From Ruminococcus sp. (lineage in GTDB: Bacteria; Bacillota; Clostridia; Oscillospirales; Acutalibacteraceae): 64,000 nucleotides of DNA. A model generated the notes under the pieces. That model saw only the letters and a program-made list of their open reading frames with translations, was not told the DNA's origin and ran no database searches. The stretch is taken from the NCBI GenBank assembly GCA_022510955.1, contig JAFLSM010000003.1, forward strand, positions 7,877-71,876. Reading direction: 5' to 3'. Position numbers and translations under genes: made by a program. Below are positions 46,607-55,902 of this stretch, one piece after another; positions within the stretch are counted from its first letter, which is position 1, and each line of letters starts with the position of its first letter.

Positions 46607-47902
46607 TTGGAAAAGTTTGTTGTAAATGGCGGCAAACCGCTTTTCGGCGAGGTCAACATCAGCGGTGCAAAAAACGCGGCAGTTGCAATTATCCCTGCGG
46701 TAATTCTTTGCGATGAACCTTGTCAGATTGAAAATATCCCAAATATCAGCGATGTTTCTCTTATCAGCCGCATCCTCCAACAGTTGGGTGCAAATGTAAG
46801 AAGAATTAATAAATCATCTTTATATATCGACCCTACCCACATCAGAACCTGCAACGCAACAACCGAACTTGTTCGAGGTATGCGTGCATCATACTATTTG
46901 TTGGGAGCATTGCTTGGAAAATACGGCAATGCAAAGGTAGCTCTTCCGGGCGGATGCAACTTTGGCGTTCGTCCTATTGATCAGCACCTTAAAGGCTTTG
47001 AAGCACTCGGTGCTGAAACACGCCTTGTTGACGGCGCAATTATTGAGGCAAAGTGTAACGGAAAGCCTGTAGGCACACACATTTACCTCGATGTTGTATC
47101 TGTTGGTGCAACAATGAACATTATGCTTGCTGCATGTAAGGCAGAGGGTCAGACCATCATTGAAAATGCTGCTAAAGAGCCTCACATTGTTGATCTTGCA
47201 AACTTCCTCAACTCAATGGGTGCAGACATTCGTGGTGCAGGCACCGATGTAATTAAAGTCAGAGGTGTTGACTATCTTCACGGCGTCACATATTCAATCA
47301 TACCCGACCAGATTGAGGCAGGAACTTATATGTGTGCTGCTGCTGCAACAAGAGGTTGTATTACAGTAAATAATGTTACACCTAAGCACTTAGACTCAAT
47401 CACAGTCAAGCTTCGTGAAATGGGTGTTAAAATCACAGAATATGATGAGTCAATTCAGGTTGATGCAACAGTAAAGCCACTTAAGCGTTGCAATATCAAA
47501 ACAATGCCACATCCGGGCTTTCCAACTGACTGCCAACCGCAGTTTACAGCACTTTTGATGAGTGTTCCCGGCACAAGCATTGTAAACGAGAGCGTATGGG
47601 ACAATCGTTATCAGTATATAAGCCAGTTTGTTAATATGGGTGCGCAAATTTCTGTTGAAGGCAGACTTGCTATTATTGAAGGCGGTGCACCGCTGACAGC
47701 GGCTCCTGTTAAAGCTACTGACCTTCGTGCAGGTGCAGCAATGATTATTGCGGCTTTGCAGATTAACGGAACAACTGAGATTTCTAATATTCAGTTCATT
47801 GAGCGTGGATATGAGAATGTTATTGATAAGTTCAAGGCTCTCGGCGCCGACATTAAGAAGGTTTATTTTACAGGTGATAACGAAGCCGAGCTTCGTGCAT
47901 AA
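46607..47902 (+). CDS. murA: UDP-N-acetylglucosamine 1-carboxyvinyltransferase
   Basis: SGAKNAA, MRASYY, LPGGCNFGVRPIDQH, PGFPTD, DLRAGAA, RGYE; TTG start after GGAGTG. Confidence 0.97.
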   Translation: MEKFVVNGGKPLFGEVNISGAKNAAVAIIPAVILCDEPCQIENIPNISDVSLISRILQQLGANVRRINKSSLYIDPTHIRTCNATTELVRGMRASYYLLGALLGKYGNAKVALPGGCNFGVRPIDQHLKGFEALGAETRLVDGAIIEAKCNGKPVGTHIYLDVVSVGATMNIMLAACKAEGQTIIENAAKEPHIVDLANFLNSMGADIRGAGTDVIKVRGVDYLHGVTYSIIPDQIEAGTYMCAAAATRGCITVNNVTPKHLDSITVKLREMGVKITEYDESIQVDATVKPLKRCNIKTMPHPGFPTDCQPQFTALLMSVPGTSIVNESVWDNRYQYISQFVNMGAQISVEGRLAIIEGGAPLTAAPVKATDLRAGAAMIIAALQINGTTEISNIQFIERGYENVIDKFKALGADIKKVYFTGDNEAELRA

Positions 47903-47972
47903 CGCACTATTTTGGCAAGGTATCTCTGTATACAATTTATAAAAACCTAATTTAATTAACTAAATCTCTTTT

Positions 47973-48005
47973 AACAGACTAATAGTAATATTGGTCTGTT
48001 TTTTT
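47973..48005 (+). terminator. Intrinsic terminator after murA
   Basis: AACAGACTAAT-N6-ATTGGTCTGTT-TTTTT. Confidence 0.8.
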
Positions 48006-48082
48006 GCATAATTTAATACAATCTTTTAAATGAGTAAAACTAATTCAAAAAAATCGGACAGTCATTTTGAACTGCCCGATTT

Positions 48083-48231
48083 TATACTAAATAGTTGAAT
48101 AGATATTCGAGCAGATTTTCTGCTGTACAAGAGCGACGACACTGGCAGGCTGACGCCTGTCAAGGAGAAGAACGCAGTACAGTGCAAAATGCGACGGAAA
48201 GATATCTACTATTTTATTGAAGATTAGTATT
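48083..48231 (+). mobile_element. TA-ended MITE-like element, ~149-bp long copy e
   Basis: Colinear with copy d; ends TATACTAA.../...GAAGAATTAGTAT. Confidence 0.8.
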
Positions 48232-48234
48232 ATA

Positions 48235-48810
48235 TTAAAGGTATGTGTGGTCGCAAATTTCGTTAATTTTATCACGCAAAATCAAAAAGTCATTAAATGC
48301 GTCAGGCTTTCTGCGTGGATCACGCAGAATTGCCGCAGGGTGAAGCATTGCCATCATTAAATAATCTCCCTTTTGAATCCACTGACCGTGTTCCTTGGTA
48401 ATTTTAATGTCGGGCTTAATGATTTTTGCTGCCGCAATTCTGCCAAGACAAACAATGATCTTTGGTTTTATCAGTCTAACCTGTGAACGCAGCCACTCAA
48501 TGCACTGCTCCTGCTCATCAGGTTTTGGATCTCTGTTTTGCGGTGGACGACATTTGACAATGTTTGCAATATAAATATTCTTATTGCGGTCAAGGTCAAC
48601 GGCTGTAAGCATTTTGTCAAGAAGCTTGCCTGCTCTGCCAACGAATGGTTCGCCCTGCAAGTCCTCGTTCTCGCCCGGACCTTCGCCAATAAACATTACC
48701 TCGGCATTTTCACTGCCAACACCTACAACAACATTGTGCCTTGTCTTGCAAAGCTCACACTTTTCACACTGCTCGCACGCAGTTTTTAGTTCATTCCAAT
48801 TTGTATACAT
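48235..48810 (-). CDS. udg: Uracil-DNA glycosylase family 4
   Basis: CEKCELC Fe-S ligands, IGEGPGENED..GEPFVGRAG, NIVKCRPP, LHPAAILR. Confidence 0.94.
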   Translation of the reverse strand: MYTNWNELKTACEQCEKCELCKTRHNVVVGVGSENAEVMFIGEGPGENEDLQGEPFVGRAGKLLDKMLTAVDLDRNKNIYIANIVKCRPPQNRDPKPDEQEQCIEWLRSQVRLIKPKIIVCLGRIAAAKIIKPDIKITKEHGQWIQKGDYLMMAMLHPAAILRDPRRKPDAFNDFLILRDKINEICDHTYL

Positions 48811-49053
48811 AAATACCTCTTCCCTTTTCCTTATATATTGATACTAAAGATCATTTGAACACGATATAATACTTGTGTTTAAAATCTTCTGTATTTTTTA
48901 ATTATTGAATTAAATGCAGACAAATTGTCTTTCATATACTCTAATTCCTCCAAAATAAAACCCTAAACATATTGAAATTTTAAATAATTAGTAGTAGAAT
49001 ATATTTGTACGACAGCGTTTGCTGTCAATTTTTGATAAATGGTGGTAAACAAA

Positions 49054-49632
49054 ATGAAAGTAATGGTTGAAACATCTGCTCATCATGTTCATGTAACAAA
49101 AGAAACATTTGAAACCCTATACGGCAAGGGAGCAACACTCACAAACAAAAAGAATCTTTCACAGCCGGGTCAGTTTGCCTGTGCAGAAAAGGTTACTGTT
49201 GTCGGTCCGAGAGGCGAAATGAATATGTCAATCCTCGGTCCTGAAAGAAATGCCGATCAGGTTGAGGTATCGCTCACAGACGCAAGAAAGCTTGGCATAG
49301 TCGCTCCTGTAAGAGAATCAGGTGATATTGCAGGCACCCCTGGCTGCAAGCTTGTTGGCCCTGCCGGTGAGGTTGAAATTGAGTGTGGCGTTATTGCTGC
49401 AAAAAGACACATTCATCTTGACCCTGCAACTGCCGAAGAGTTTGGTCTTACTGATAAACAAATTGTATCTGTTAAGGTGGGCGAAAACACAGGCAGAGAA
49501 ACAACATTTGGTGATGTTGTAATCCGAGTAAACGAAAACTATGCTCCTGCAATGCACATTGACACTGACGAGTCAAATGCAGCAGGTCTTGGCGGTACAG
49601 TTGACGGAGTTATTTTAGTCTCCTCTACATAA
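49054..49632 (+). CDS. pduL: Phosphate propanoyltransferase / phosphotransacylase
   Basis: SAHHVH, LSQPGQFA, ILGPER..QVEVSLTDARKLG..APVRESGD, AKRHIH, MHIDTDESNA. Confidence 0.92.
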   Translation: MKVMVETSAHHVHVTKETFETLYGKGATLTNKKNLSQPGQFACAEKVTVVGPRGEMNMSILGPERNADQVEVSLTDARKLGIVAPVRESGDIAGTPGCKLVGPAGEVEIECGVIAAKRHIHLDPATAEEFGLTDKQIVSVKVGENTGRETTFGDVVIRVNENYAPAMHIDTDESNAAGLGGTVDGVILVSST

Positions 49633-49710
49633 GTTTAATTTTACTTGTGATACAGTGAACGAAGTATAAACTTCTGTTTTTTCAATAAACATCATAAATC
49701 TCTATAAAAT

Positions 49711-49742
49711 GAAGGAGTGACCTGATACGGTCACTTCTTTTT
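49711..49742 (+). terminator. Intrinsic terminator after pduL
   Basis: GGAGTGACC-TGATAC-GGTCACTTC-TTTTT. Confidence 0.85.
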
Positions 49743-49745
49743 ACT

Positions 49746-49792
49746 TTATAGGAAACTGCTCTTTTTAGTACTGACTTGCAACAATAAGTTTG
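49746..49792 (+). repeat. Degenerate short copy E of the terminator-following element
   Basis: TTATAGGAAACTGCTC...TGCAACAATAAGTT; same layout as short copy A'. Confidence 0.5.
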
Positions 49793-49802
49793 AGAACTCT
49801 GT

Positions 49803-50582
49803 CTATAAATTCAAAAAGGTATGCAAAAAGTCAGGAAAAACCTCTGACCACGCCTTTTCATTGTGGCAGTTTTCAAATAAAATGACCTCATTCATTTTGT
49901 CATACGGATAAAAAACCTCGGGAAGCAAATCATAGAGCATTTCAACGCTCTCAAAAATCTGCTGTTCAAGTTCGTCACCGTTACCTGTGTAAATGTACAT
50001 ATACGGCATATCATCACGCATTTTTGACATTAGATAACTTCTCCAAGAATCCTCGCTGTACAGCAAAAACGCAGGAGAAAATGCACCTACAAATGAAAAT
50101 CGGTCGCTGTGTTCAACACCTGCAAAAAATGCCTGCAATCCGCCCGAAGAACTTCCGCACACCGCCATTCCCCTTTTGTCAGTTCTTACAGGGAAGTTCT
50201 GCTCAACAAGCGGAATAACAGTGTTCATCAGAAAATCATCAAACACTTCTCCCTCGGACTTTGTGTAATTATCCATACTCTCGGGCATAATTACTGTTCC
50301 TATAGTATTGGGGGTCAGCTCATTATCACGCCACTGATTACCGTTATCAATGCCGACAATCACACACGCCTTGCCTGTTTCGAGCATTTCATTCTCAACT
50401 GCTTTTTCAACATTCCAACTGCCGTAAGGCGACGGATTTTCTGCAAAAAGATTCTGACCGTCAGTCATATATATTACAGGCAGTTTTTCTCCATCGTTAT
50501 GATGTGGAACATACACCCACACTGTCCTGTCACCCTTTTCGGGAAACGGCAAAGTTATTTTATGTAATTTTGAATTATCCAT
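49803..50582 (-). CDS. Cytoplasmic alpha/beta-hydrolase (esterase), paralog of the dockerin esterase
   Basis: YMTDGQNLF, VGIDNG, CGSSSGG; no signal peptide or dockerin; start MDNSK after GGAGTG. Confidence 0.87.
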   Translation of the reverse strand: MDNSKLHKITLPFPEKGDRTVWVYVPHHNDGEKLPVIYMTDGQNLFAENPSPYGSWNVEKAVENEMLETGKACVIVGIDNGNQWRDNELTPNTIGTVIMPESMDNYTKSEGEVFDDFLMNTVIPLVEQNFPVRTDKRGMAVCGSSSGGLQAFFAGVEHSDRFSFVGAFSPAFLLYSEDSWRSYLMSKMRDDMPYMYIYTGNGDELEQQIFESVEMLYDLLPEVFYPYDKMNEVILFENCHNEKAWSEVFPDFLHTFLNL

Positions 50583-50675
50583 AATATCACTCCGAACAAA
50601 CTTATAATTATAAAATCCAAATGTTACCGAATAAAATATAAAAGTGCGTAAATAATATAGCAAGAGGTGATTTTT

Positions 50676-51104
50676 ATGATTAATGATGTTGAAATGCTGA
50701 CATATGTTTTGCAAAATGCCGAAATGGGGTGTTACGGCATTACAAGAGTCAGAAAGCAGGTTCATAACAGCAATGTTGACTCTGTGCTATGCGACCAGCT
50801 CGTAAAATACGGCAAGCTGTACCACTGTGCATCCCAAATGCTCAAAAACCGTGGCGAAGAACCACAGCATATCAGCCCTATGACCAAAGCAATGACACGA
50901 ATAGCAGCTGCAAGAGATTTAAAGCGTGACCCGTCGTCATCACACATTGCCGAAATGATGATTAAAGGCAGTACAATGGGTGTCAATAAAATGGCAAAAC
51001 ACATACGCAACTACGATGGAAAAGACAGAAATGTAAATACTCTTGCACGCAAAATGCTCCACACCGAGGAAGAGAACCTCCGTGAGCTGACAGCATATAT
51101 CTGA
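50676..51104 (+). CDS. Conserved hypothetical helical protein (ferritin-like fold suspected)
   Basis: SD AAGAGGTG; QNAEMG...IAEMMIKGSTMGV...EEENL; the fold is inference. Confidence 0.65.
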   Translation: MINDVEMLTYVLQNAEMGCYGITRVRKQVHNSNVDSVLCDQLVKYGKLYHCASQMLKNRGEEPQHISPMTKAMTRIAAARDLKRDPSSSHIAEMMIKGSTMGVNKMAKHIRNYDGKDRNVNTLARKMLHTEEENLRELTAYI

Positions 51105-51110
51105 TAAACC

Positions 51111-51142
51111 AACAGGAGCGAACAGGTTATCGCTCCTGTTTT
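51111..51142. terminator. Bidirectional terminator
   Basis: AACAGGAGCGA-N8-TCGCTCCTGTT-TT. Confidence 0.8.
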
Positions 51143-51149
51143 ATTTACT

Positions 51150-51174
51150 TATACTAATCTTCAATAGAATAGTA
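51150..51174. repeat. Solo terminal repeat of the MITE family (copy f)
   Basis: TATACTAATCTTCAATAGAATAGTA; reverse complement nearly identical to the right end of copy c. Confidence 0.65.
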
Positions 51175-51184
51175 ATAAAACAGC

Positions 51185-51691
51185 TTACATATTCTTAATC
51201 TCTTTATAATGATTGATGTGAATTCCAATATGACCTATTCCCAAAATTATTGCAGAAATAATTAAAAATATATTTTTACCGTATACTCCCAATAAAACAA
51301 AGGCACAAACAGGCAGTGTTGCACCTGCAACAGGTATTCCAATCAAACTTCTGTAAAAATCCTTTATTGTCTTTTGACTTTTAAAATATCTTATCCAATA
51401 AATCTCGTACAAAACCATAAAGACAAACGATATTAAAAGCCATGTCGACCATAATGTTATCTCATTGATATTGTAGTCAGAAAAAATCATCACAAAGGAA
51501 CAGACAAGAATTTCACCAATCCGTTCAAACATCAGCAAAACTCTGTTTTCATTGACAGCATATTTATCATAATCCTTCGGCTTGTTTTTCGACCATAAAA
51601 TATTGGGGACAAACAGCATAAGCAAATATATAAGCCCTACATAAGAAAATCCAAAGTTCATAAATCGTATTATCTCCAGTCCGTTTTTCAA
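51185..51691 (-). CDS. Hypothetical membrane protein
   Basis: Four hydrophobic segments; IPVAGATLPV motif; the true start may be MNFGF at 51664. Confidence 0.7.
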   Translation of the reverse strand: MKNGLEIIRFMNFGFSYVGLIYLLMLFVPNILWSKNKPKDYDKYAVNENRVLLMFERIGEILVCSFVMIFSDYNINEITLWSTWLLISFVFMVLYEIYWIRYFKSQKTIKDFYRSLIGIPVAGATLPVCAFVLLGVYGKNIFLIISAIILGIGHIGIHINHYKEIKNM

Positions 51692-51701
51692 AACCGTTTA
51701 A

Positions 51702-52280
51702 TTACTGCTCCAACGCTATAAGGTCTTCTTTTTCATAGCGATTATGACCTGACTGCTGTTTTTTGTATTTCCAGCATTTGATTGCATCATCCAGAGTTTT
51801 TCCGCTGTTTGCAGCAAAAAACTCTCTTATGTATGTATTATACTCAAACTGCTTGTCAATTTTAGTTTTGCCATTCTTCTTCTCTTCTAAAATTCTATAA
51901 TAAGCATTGATTGCGTCCTTGTATGTTTTTCCGCTGTTAGCTTTTAACCACTTTTGAAATAAAACATTGAAAGAGAAACTTTTACCGATATGCTCTTTAA
52001 AAAAAGCCCTATGCTTTTCAGAACACACAAAATCTGTTTCAATGATTGAATTCTCACTTATTTCACCAACAAATGAGCTTGCTCTTTTGACCGTTGCTGA
52101 GGCAGGTTTTACTTTTCCTGTATCCAGATAATAGGCAATTCTGTCTGTCAGTTCCTGTTTCCCCCCCGAAGTTGGCAAATTGTATTTTCTGCAAAAGCTT
52201 ACCAACTCATCTTTCAGCCAATAATAATCAAGAAAAATTCTGCTGTCAAGCTCTTTGTCCAAAATTGGTCTGTCAGACAT
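51702..52280 (-). CDS. SAP-domain / DUF6434-type protein
   Basis: YYWLKDELVSFCR..NLPTSGGKQEL..RI; QFEYNTYIREFF; WKYKK. Confidence 0.75.
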   Translation of the reverse strand: MSDRPILDKELDSRIFLDYYWLKDELVSFCRKYNLPTSGGKQELTDRIAYYLDTGKVKPASATVKRASSFVGEISENSIIETDFVCSEKHRAFFKEHIGKSFSFNVLFQKWLKANSGKTYKDAINAYYRILEEKKNGKTKIDKQFEYNTYIREFFAANSGKTLDDAIKCWKYKKQQSGHNRYEKEDLIALEQ

Positions 52281-52300
52281 TTTCATCCCTCTTTTTATAA

Positions 52301-53359
52301 TCAATCACTCAAATAATCCGTTAAAAAGTCGATTAACGCCTGCATTTCTTCGTCTGTACCAATTGTGATACGAAGATAATTATCAATGCGAGACTGATTA
52401 AAATACCGCACAAAAATATGCTTTTCACGCAGGGCATTAAAAATATCGACCGCCTTAACACTTTTGTGTCTGGCAAAAATAAAATTGCTCTTTGAATCAT
52501 TAAATTCAAAACCGAGCTTTGAAAGCTGAATTTTTGCATTTTCTCTTGTCTCAACAATTTTATCTGTTGTCTGCTTAAAGTAGCTATCGTCCGCAATAGC
52601 CGCCGCTCCCGCCTTGATTGTGAGCGAATTCATTGTATAGGAATTATAAGAATTTTTCACTGCATTAAGCACCGAAATAAGTTCTTCGTTTGCAATGGCA
52701 AATCCAATTCTAAGTCCTGCAAGAGAGCGTGATTTTGAAAAAGTCTGCACAACAACAAGATTTTTGTACTTTTGAATAAGAGGTAATGCCGACTTTGCAC
52801 CAAAATCGACATATGCTTCGTCAACAATCACCACTCTGTCGCTGTTGTACCGAACAATTTCCTCAATTACGTCAAGAGATAATTCAACGCCAGTTGGAGC
52901 ATTAGGATTTGGAAAAATCACGCCGCCGTTTTCACAAAAATAGTCCTCTTTAACAATCTGAAAATTATCATCAAGCGGTTTTGTTTCATACTTTACGCCA
53001 AACAGGTTTGCCCAGACAGGATAAAAAGAGTATGTAATATCAGGAAAAATAATCGGTCTGCCTGAATTAAAAAATGCCATAAAGCACATTGCAAGCACAT
53101 CATCAGAGCCTACACCGACAAACACATTCTTCTTATCAACTGCGTAATAATCAGCAATCGCTTCCACAAGCTCTGATGCATTAGGATCGGGATATAGCTT
53201 TAAATCATCCGTATTAAAGCTGTCAAGCACCTTTTTTACCTGCGGTGACGGAGGATATGGATTTTCATTTGTATTAAGCTTTATCTTATCGGGATACTGA
53301 GGCTGTTCTCCCGGAACATATGGTTCAATATCACGAAAATTAATATTAAGTTCACTCAT
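52301..53359 (-). CDS. hisC: Histidinol-phosphate aminotransferase
   Basis: YVPGEQP, KLNTNENPYPP, PNPNAPTG, DEAYVDFG, TFSKSRSLAGLRIG. Confidence 0.95.
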   Translation of the reverse strand: MSELNINFRDIEPYVPGEQPQYPDKIKLNTNENPYPPSPQVKKVLDSFNTDDLKLYPDPNASELVEAIADYYAVDKKNVFVGVGSDDVLAMCFMAFFNSGRPIIFPDITYSFYPVWANLFGVKYETKPLDDNFQIVKEDYFCENGGVIFPNPNAPTGVELSLDVIEEIVRYNSDRVVIVDEAYVDFGAKSALPLIQKYKNLVVVQTFSKSRSLAGLRIGFAIANEELISVLNAVKNSYNSYTMNSLTIKAGAAAIADDSYFKQTTDKIVETRENAKIQLSKLGFEFNDSKSNFIFARHKSVKAVDIFNALREKHIFVRYFNQSRIDNYLRITIGTDEEMQALIDFLTDYLSD

Positions 53360-53382
53360 TTTGATTACTCCCATTAAAACAC

Positions 53383-53973
53383 TTAATCATAATTTCTTAC
53401 AAGCGAGATTACCTTGCCCAGCAAAACAACTTCATCAACTATAATCGGTTCAAAGTCGTCATTCTCAGGCTGAAGTCTGTAATGACCGTTTTCCTTGTAA
53501 AAACGCTTTACAGTTGCCTCATCACCCACAAGTGCAACCACAATCTCACCGTTTTCTGCAACAGGTGTACGGTTTACTATGACAATATCATCATTCAGAA
53601 TTCCTGCATTAATCATACTTTCACCCTGAATACGCAGAGCAAACAAATCTCTGCCCCTTTTAAGGCTTTCAGGCACAGGAACATAACACTCAACATCTTC
53701 TACTGCAAGTATAGGATAACCTGCCGCAACCCTGCCCACAACAGGCACGCTTGCAGACTTTTCATTTCCACTGATTTTGATACATCTGTTCACGCCGTGC
53801 TCACGGGAAATAAAACCCTTTTCCTCAAGTGCATTCAAATGGTGATGTACCGTTGAGGTTGAGCTTAACCCAACTTCACTGCAAATTTCACGCACAGACG
53901 GCACTCTACCCTCGTATGAACATTCCTTTAAAAAATCAAGGATTTTTTGCTGACTTTTGCTTAACGGTTTCAT
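53383..53973 (-). CDS. lexA: SOS repressor LexA
   Basis: wHTH PSVREICSEVGLSSTSTVHHHL; cleavage site VAAG; GESM (Ser) and TVKRF (Lys). Confidence 0.97.
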   Translation of the reverse strand: MKPLSKSQQKILDFLKECSYEGRVPSVREICSEVGLSSTSTVHHHLNALEEKGFISREHGVNRCIKISGNEKSASVPVVGRVAAGYPILAVEDVECYVPVPESLKRGRDLFALRIQGESMINAGILNDDIVIVNRTPVAENGEIVVALVGDEATVKRFYKENGHYRLQPENDDFEPIIVDEVVLLGKVISLVRNYD

Positions 53974-54051
53974 ATACACACCTCCGCTTTATTAATCCGC
54001 AAATGCAATTATTATTTTATAATAAGTATACCATATGGAATCCTATAAATC

Positions 54052-54063
54052 AAACATTTGTTT
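54052..54063. promoter_or_regulatory. Probable LexA (SOS) box upstream of lexA
   Basis: AAAC-ATTT-GTTT, a variant of the Firmicute GAAC-N4-GTTC; position fits autoregulation. Confidence 0.55.
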
Positions 54064-54125
54064 TAAATTTATTAAAATTTTACATAAGCTACTCTTCGAG
54101 ATACTAAGTTTACATTTTTCAAATG

Positions 54126-54264
54126 AAAAAACCGAACCAAATTAAGTGGTTCGGTTTTTCCTATCTTTAAAAAATGAGGGGTACATAGGCAATCCTCTGT
54201 GTCGGATTGCCAAGGAGGGTAGAACAATTATACTCCGACGGTTGCGGTTCCGTCTTTTGAGTAC
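54126..54264 (-). ncRNA. Candidate small RNA between cobB and lexA
   Basis: Two strong hairpins, two single-stranded C-rich motifs (UACCCUCCUU, UACCCCUCAU), and terminator CCGAACCA/TGGTTCGG + U6. Confidence 0.45.
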
Positions 54265-54409
54265 AAGTATATTAAACAATATGTATATGAAAATTGTGTG
54301 AATTTATTATGAATTTGCGTTGAAAAATACACTAAATCATTACATTCACAAAAATACAATGTATGTATTCCTTACAAAACAATACATAATGTTTGATAAG
54401 CTTTTTTTG

Positions 54410-55135
54410 TCAAGCATTACATATAATTTTTGAGAGCAATTCTCCAACCTTATCGTGAAACACCATATCGGCAGAATCATCAAGCGGAGTTGCATCTCGG
54501 TTAATCAAAATAAGCTTATTGCCGCTGAAATATCTCACAAAGCCCGCCGCAGGATACACAGTAAGGCTTGTACCGGCAATAATCATTGTATCGGCATTTT
54601 GTATTGCATTCAATGCACCGCTTACTGTTTTATCATCAAGACCCTCTTCATAGAGTACAACATCAGGCTTTATAACGCCGCCACATTCGCAGTGCGGTAT
54701 ACCCTTGCTTTGTTTGATGAACAGGGCAGAATGAAATTTATGACATTTTAGGCAATAAATTCGGAGTACACTGCCGTGAAGTTCATACACTCTCTTACTG
54801 CCTGCCGCCTGATGAAGTCCGTCAATATTCTGCGTAATTACAGCGCTCAGCTTTCCTGACCGTTCAAGCTCTGCAAGCTTTAAATGAGCCTTGTTAGGCT
54901 TTTTGTCAAGACAAAGCATTTTATCCTTGTAGAACCTGTAGAATTCATCAGTACGCTTTCTAAAGAAAGTATGACTCAAAATCTGTTCGGGAGGATAGTC
55001 ATACTTTTGATTGTACAGTCCGTCCACACTTCTAAAGTCAGGGATTCCGCTTTCGGTTGACACGCCTGCACCGCCAAAAAATACAATTCTTTGACTTTCA
55101 TCAATTACCCTTTGAAGCTCATAGGCGGTACTCAA
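54410..55135 (-). CDS. cobB: NAD-dependent protein deacylase (sirtuin)
   Basis: FGGAGVSTESGIPDFRS, TQNIDGLH, LHGS, KPDVVLYEE, GTSLTVYPAA. Confidence 0.95.
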   Translation of the reverse strand: MSTAYELQRVIDESQRIVFFGGAGVSTESGIPDFRSVDGLYNQKYDYPPEQILSHTFFRKRTDEFYRFYKDKMLCLDKKPNKAHLKLAELERSGKLSAVITQNIDGLHQAAGSKRVYELHGSVLRIYCLKCHKFHSALFIKQSKGIPHCECGGVIKPDVVLYEEGLDDKTVSGALNAIQNADTMIIAGTSLTVYPAAGFVRYFSGNKLILINRDATPLDDSADMVFHDKVGELLSKIICNA

Positions 55136-55902
55136 CTTATTGCTTCCTTCATAGACTTAACATAATCACACACAGGCTTAACTGCATCTCTGCCGTACTT
55201 TGCAACCAGCTTTACGATTGCAGAGCCAACAATTACACCGTCGGCGCTTTCAGCCATTTTCTTTGCCTGTTCTGGAGTTGAAATACCAAAACCGACTGCA
55301 CACGGAACATCACTTACTGACTTTACAAGACGCACCATCTCACCGATATCGGTTGTAATTTCGTTACGCACACCGGTAACGCCAAGAGATGACACACAAT
55401 ACACAAAGCCCTGTGCCTCTTTTGCAATAGTCTTTATTCTGTCGTGTGATGTGGGGGCAATCAACGAAACAAGCTCAACGCCGTTTGCATCACAGGCAAA
55501 AGAAAGCTCCGCTTTTTCTTCAAAAGGTGTGTCGGGAACAATAACGGCAGATATTCCGCACTCTTTGCACTTTGACATAAATTTTTCTGTACCGTACACA
55601 AAGATTGGGTTCATATATGTCATAACAGCAAGCGCACATTTTATCTGAGGTCTTATACGCTTTACCATATCAAAAATCTTGTCGGTTGTTGTGCCTGATG
55701 CAAGTGCACGCAGGTCAGCCTCCTGAATTACAACACCCTCTGCAACAGGGTCGGAAAACGGAATTCCTATCTCTATGATATCTGCACCGCTTTCACTCAT
55801 TGCAATAAGAAGTTTTTCGGTTGTTTCAAGGTCAGGATCACCTGCTGTGACAAACGGAATAAACGCCTTGCCGTTTGAAAAAGCTTTTCTGATATCAGTC
55901 AT
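55132..55902 (-). CDS. trpA: Tryptophan synthase alpha chain
   Basis: [45 protein letters not shown]. Confidence 0.97.
   Translation of the reverse strand: MTDIRKAFSNGKAFIPFVTAGDPDLETTEKLLIAMSESGADIIEIGIPFSDPVAEGVVIQEADLRALASGTTTDKIFDMVKRIRPQIKCALAVMTYMNPIFVYGTEKFMSKCKECGISAVIVPDTPFEEKAELSFACDANGVELVSLIAPTSHDRIKTIAKEAQGFVYCVSSLGVTGVRNEITTDIGEMVRLVKSVSDVPCAVGFGISTPEQAKKMAESADGVIVGSAIVKLVAKYGRDAVKPVCDYVKSMKEAIS

Noticed and set aside
54088-54110. Possible extra MITE terminus (TACTCTTCGAGATACTAAG) upstream of lexA, and ATTAGTATA at ~19961
   Set aside because: Too short and degenerate to distinguish from AT-rich background.
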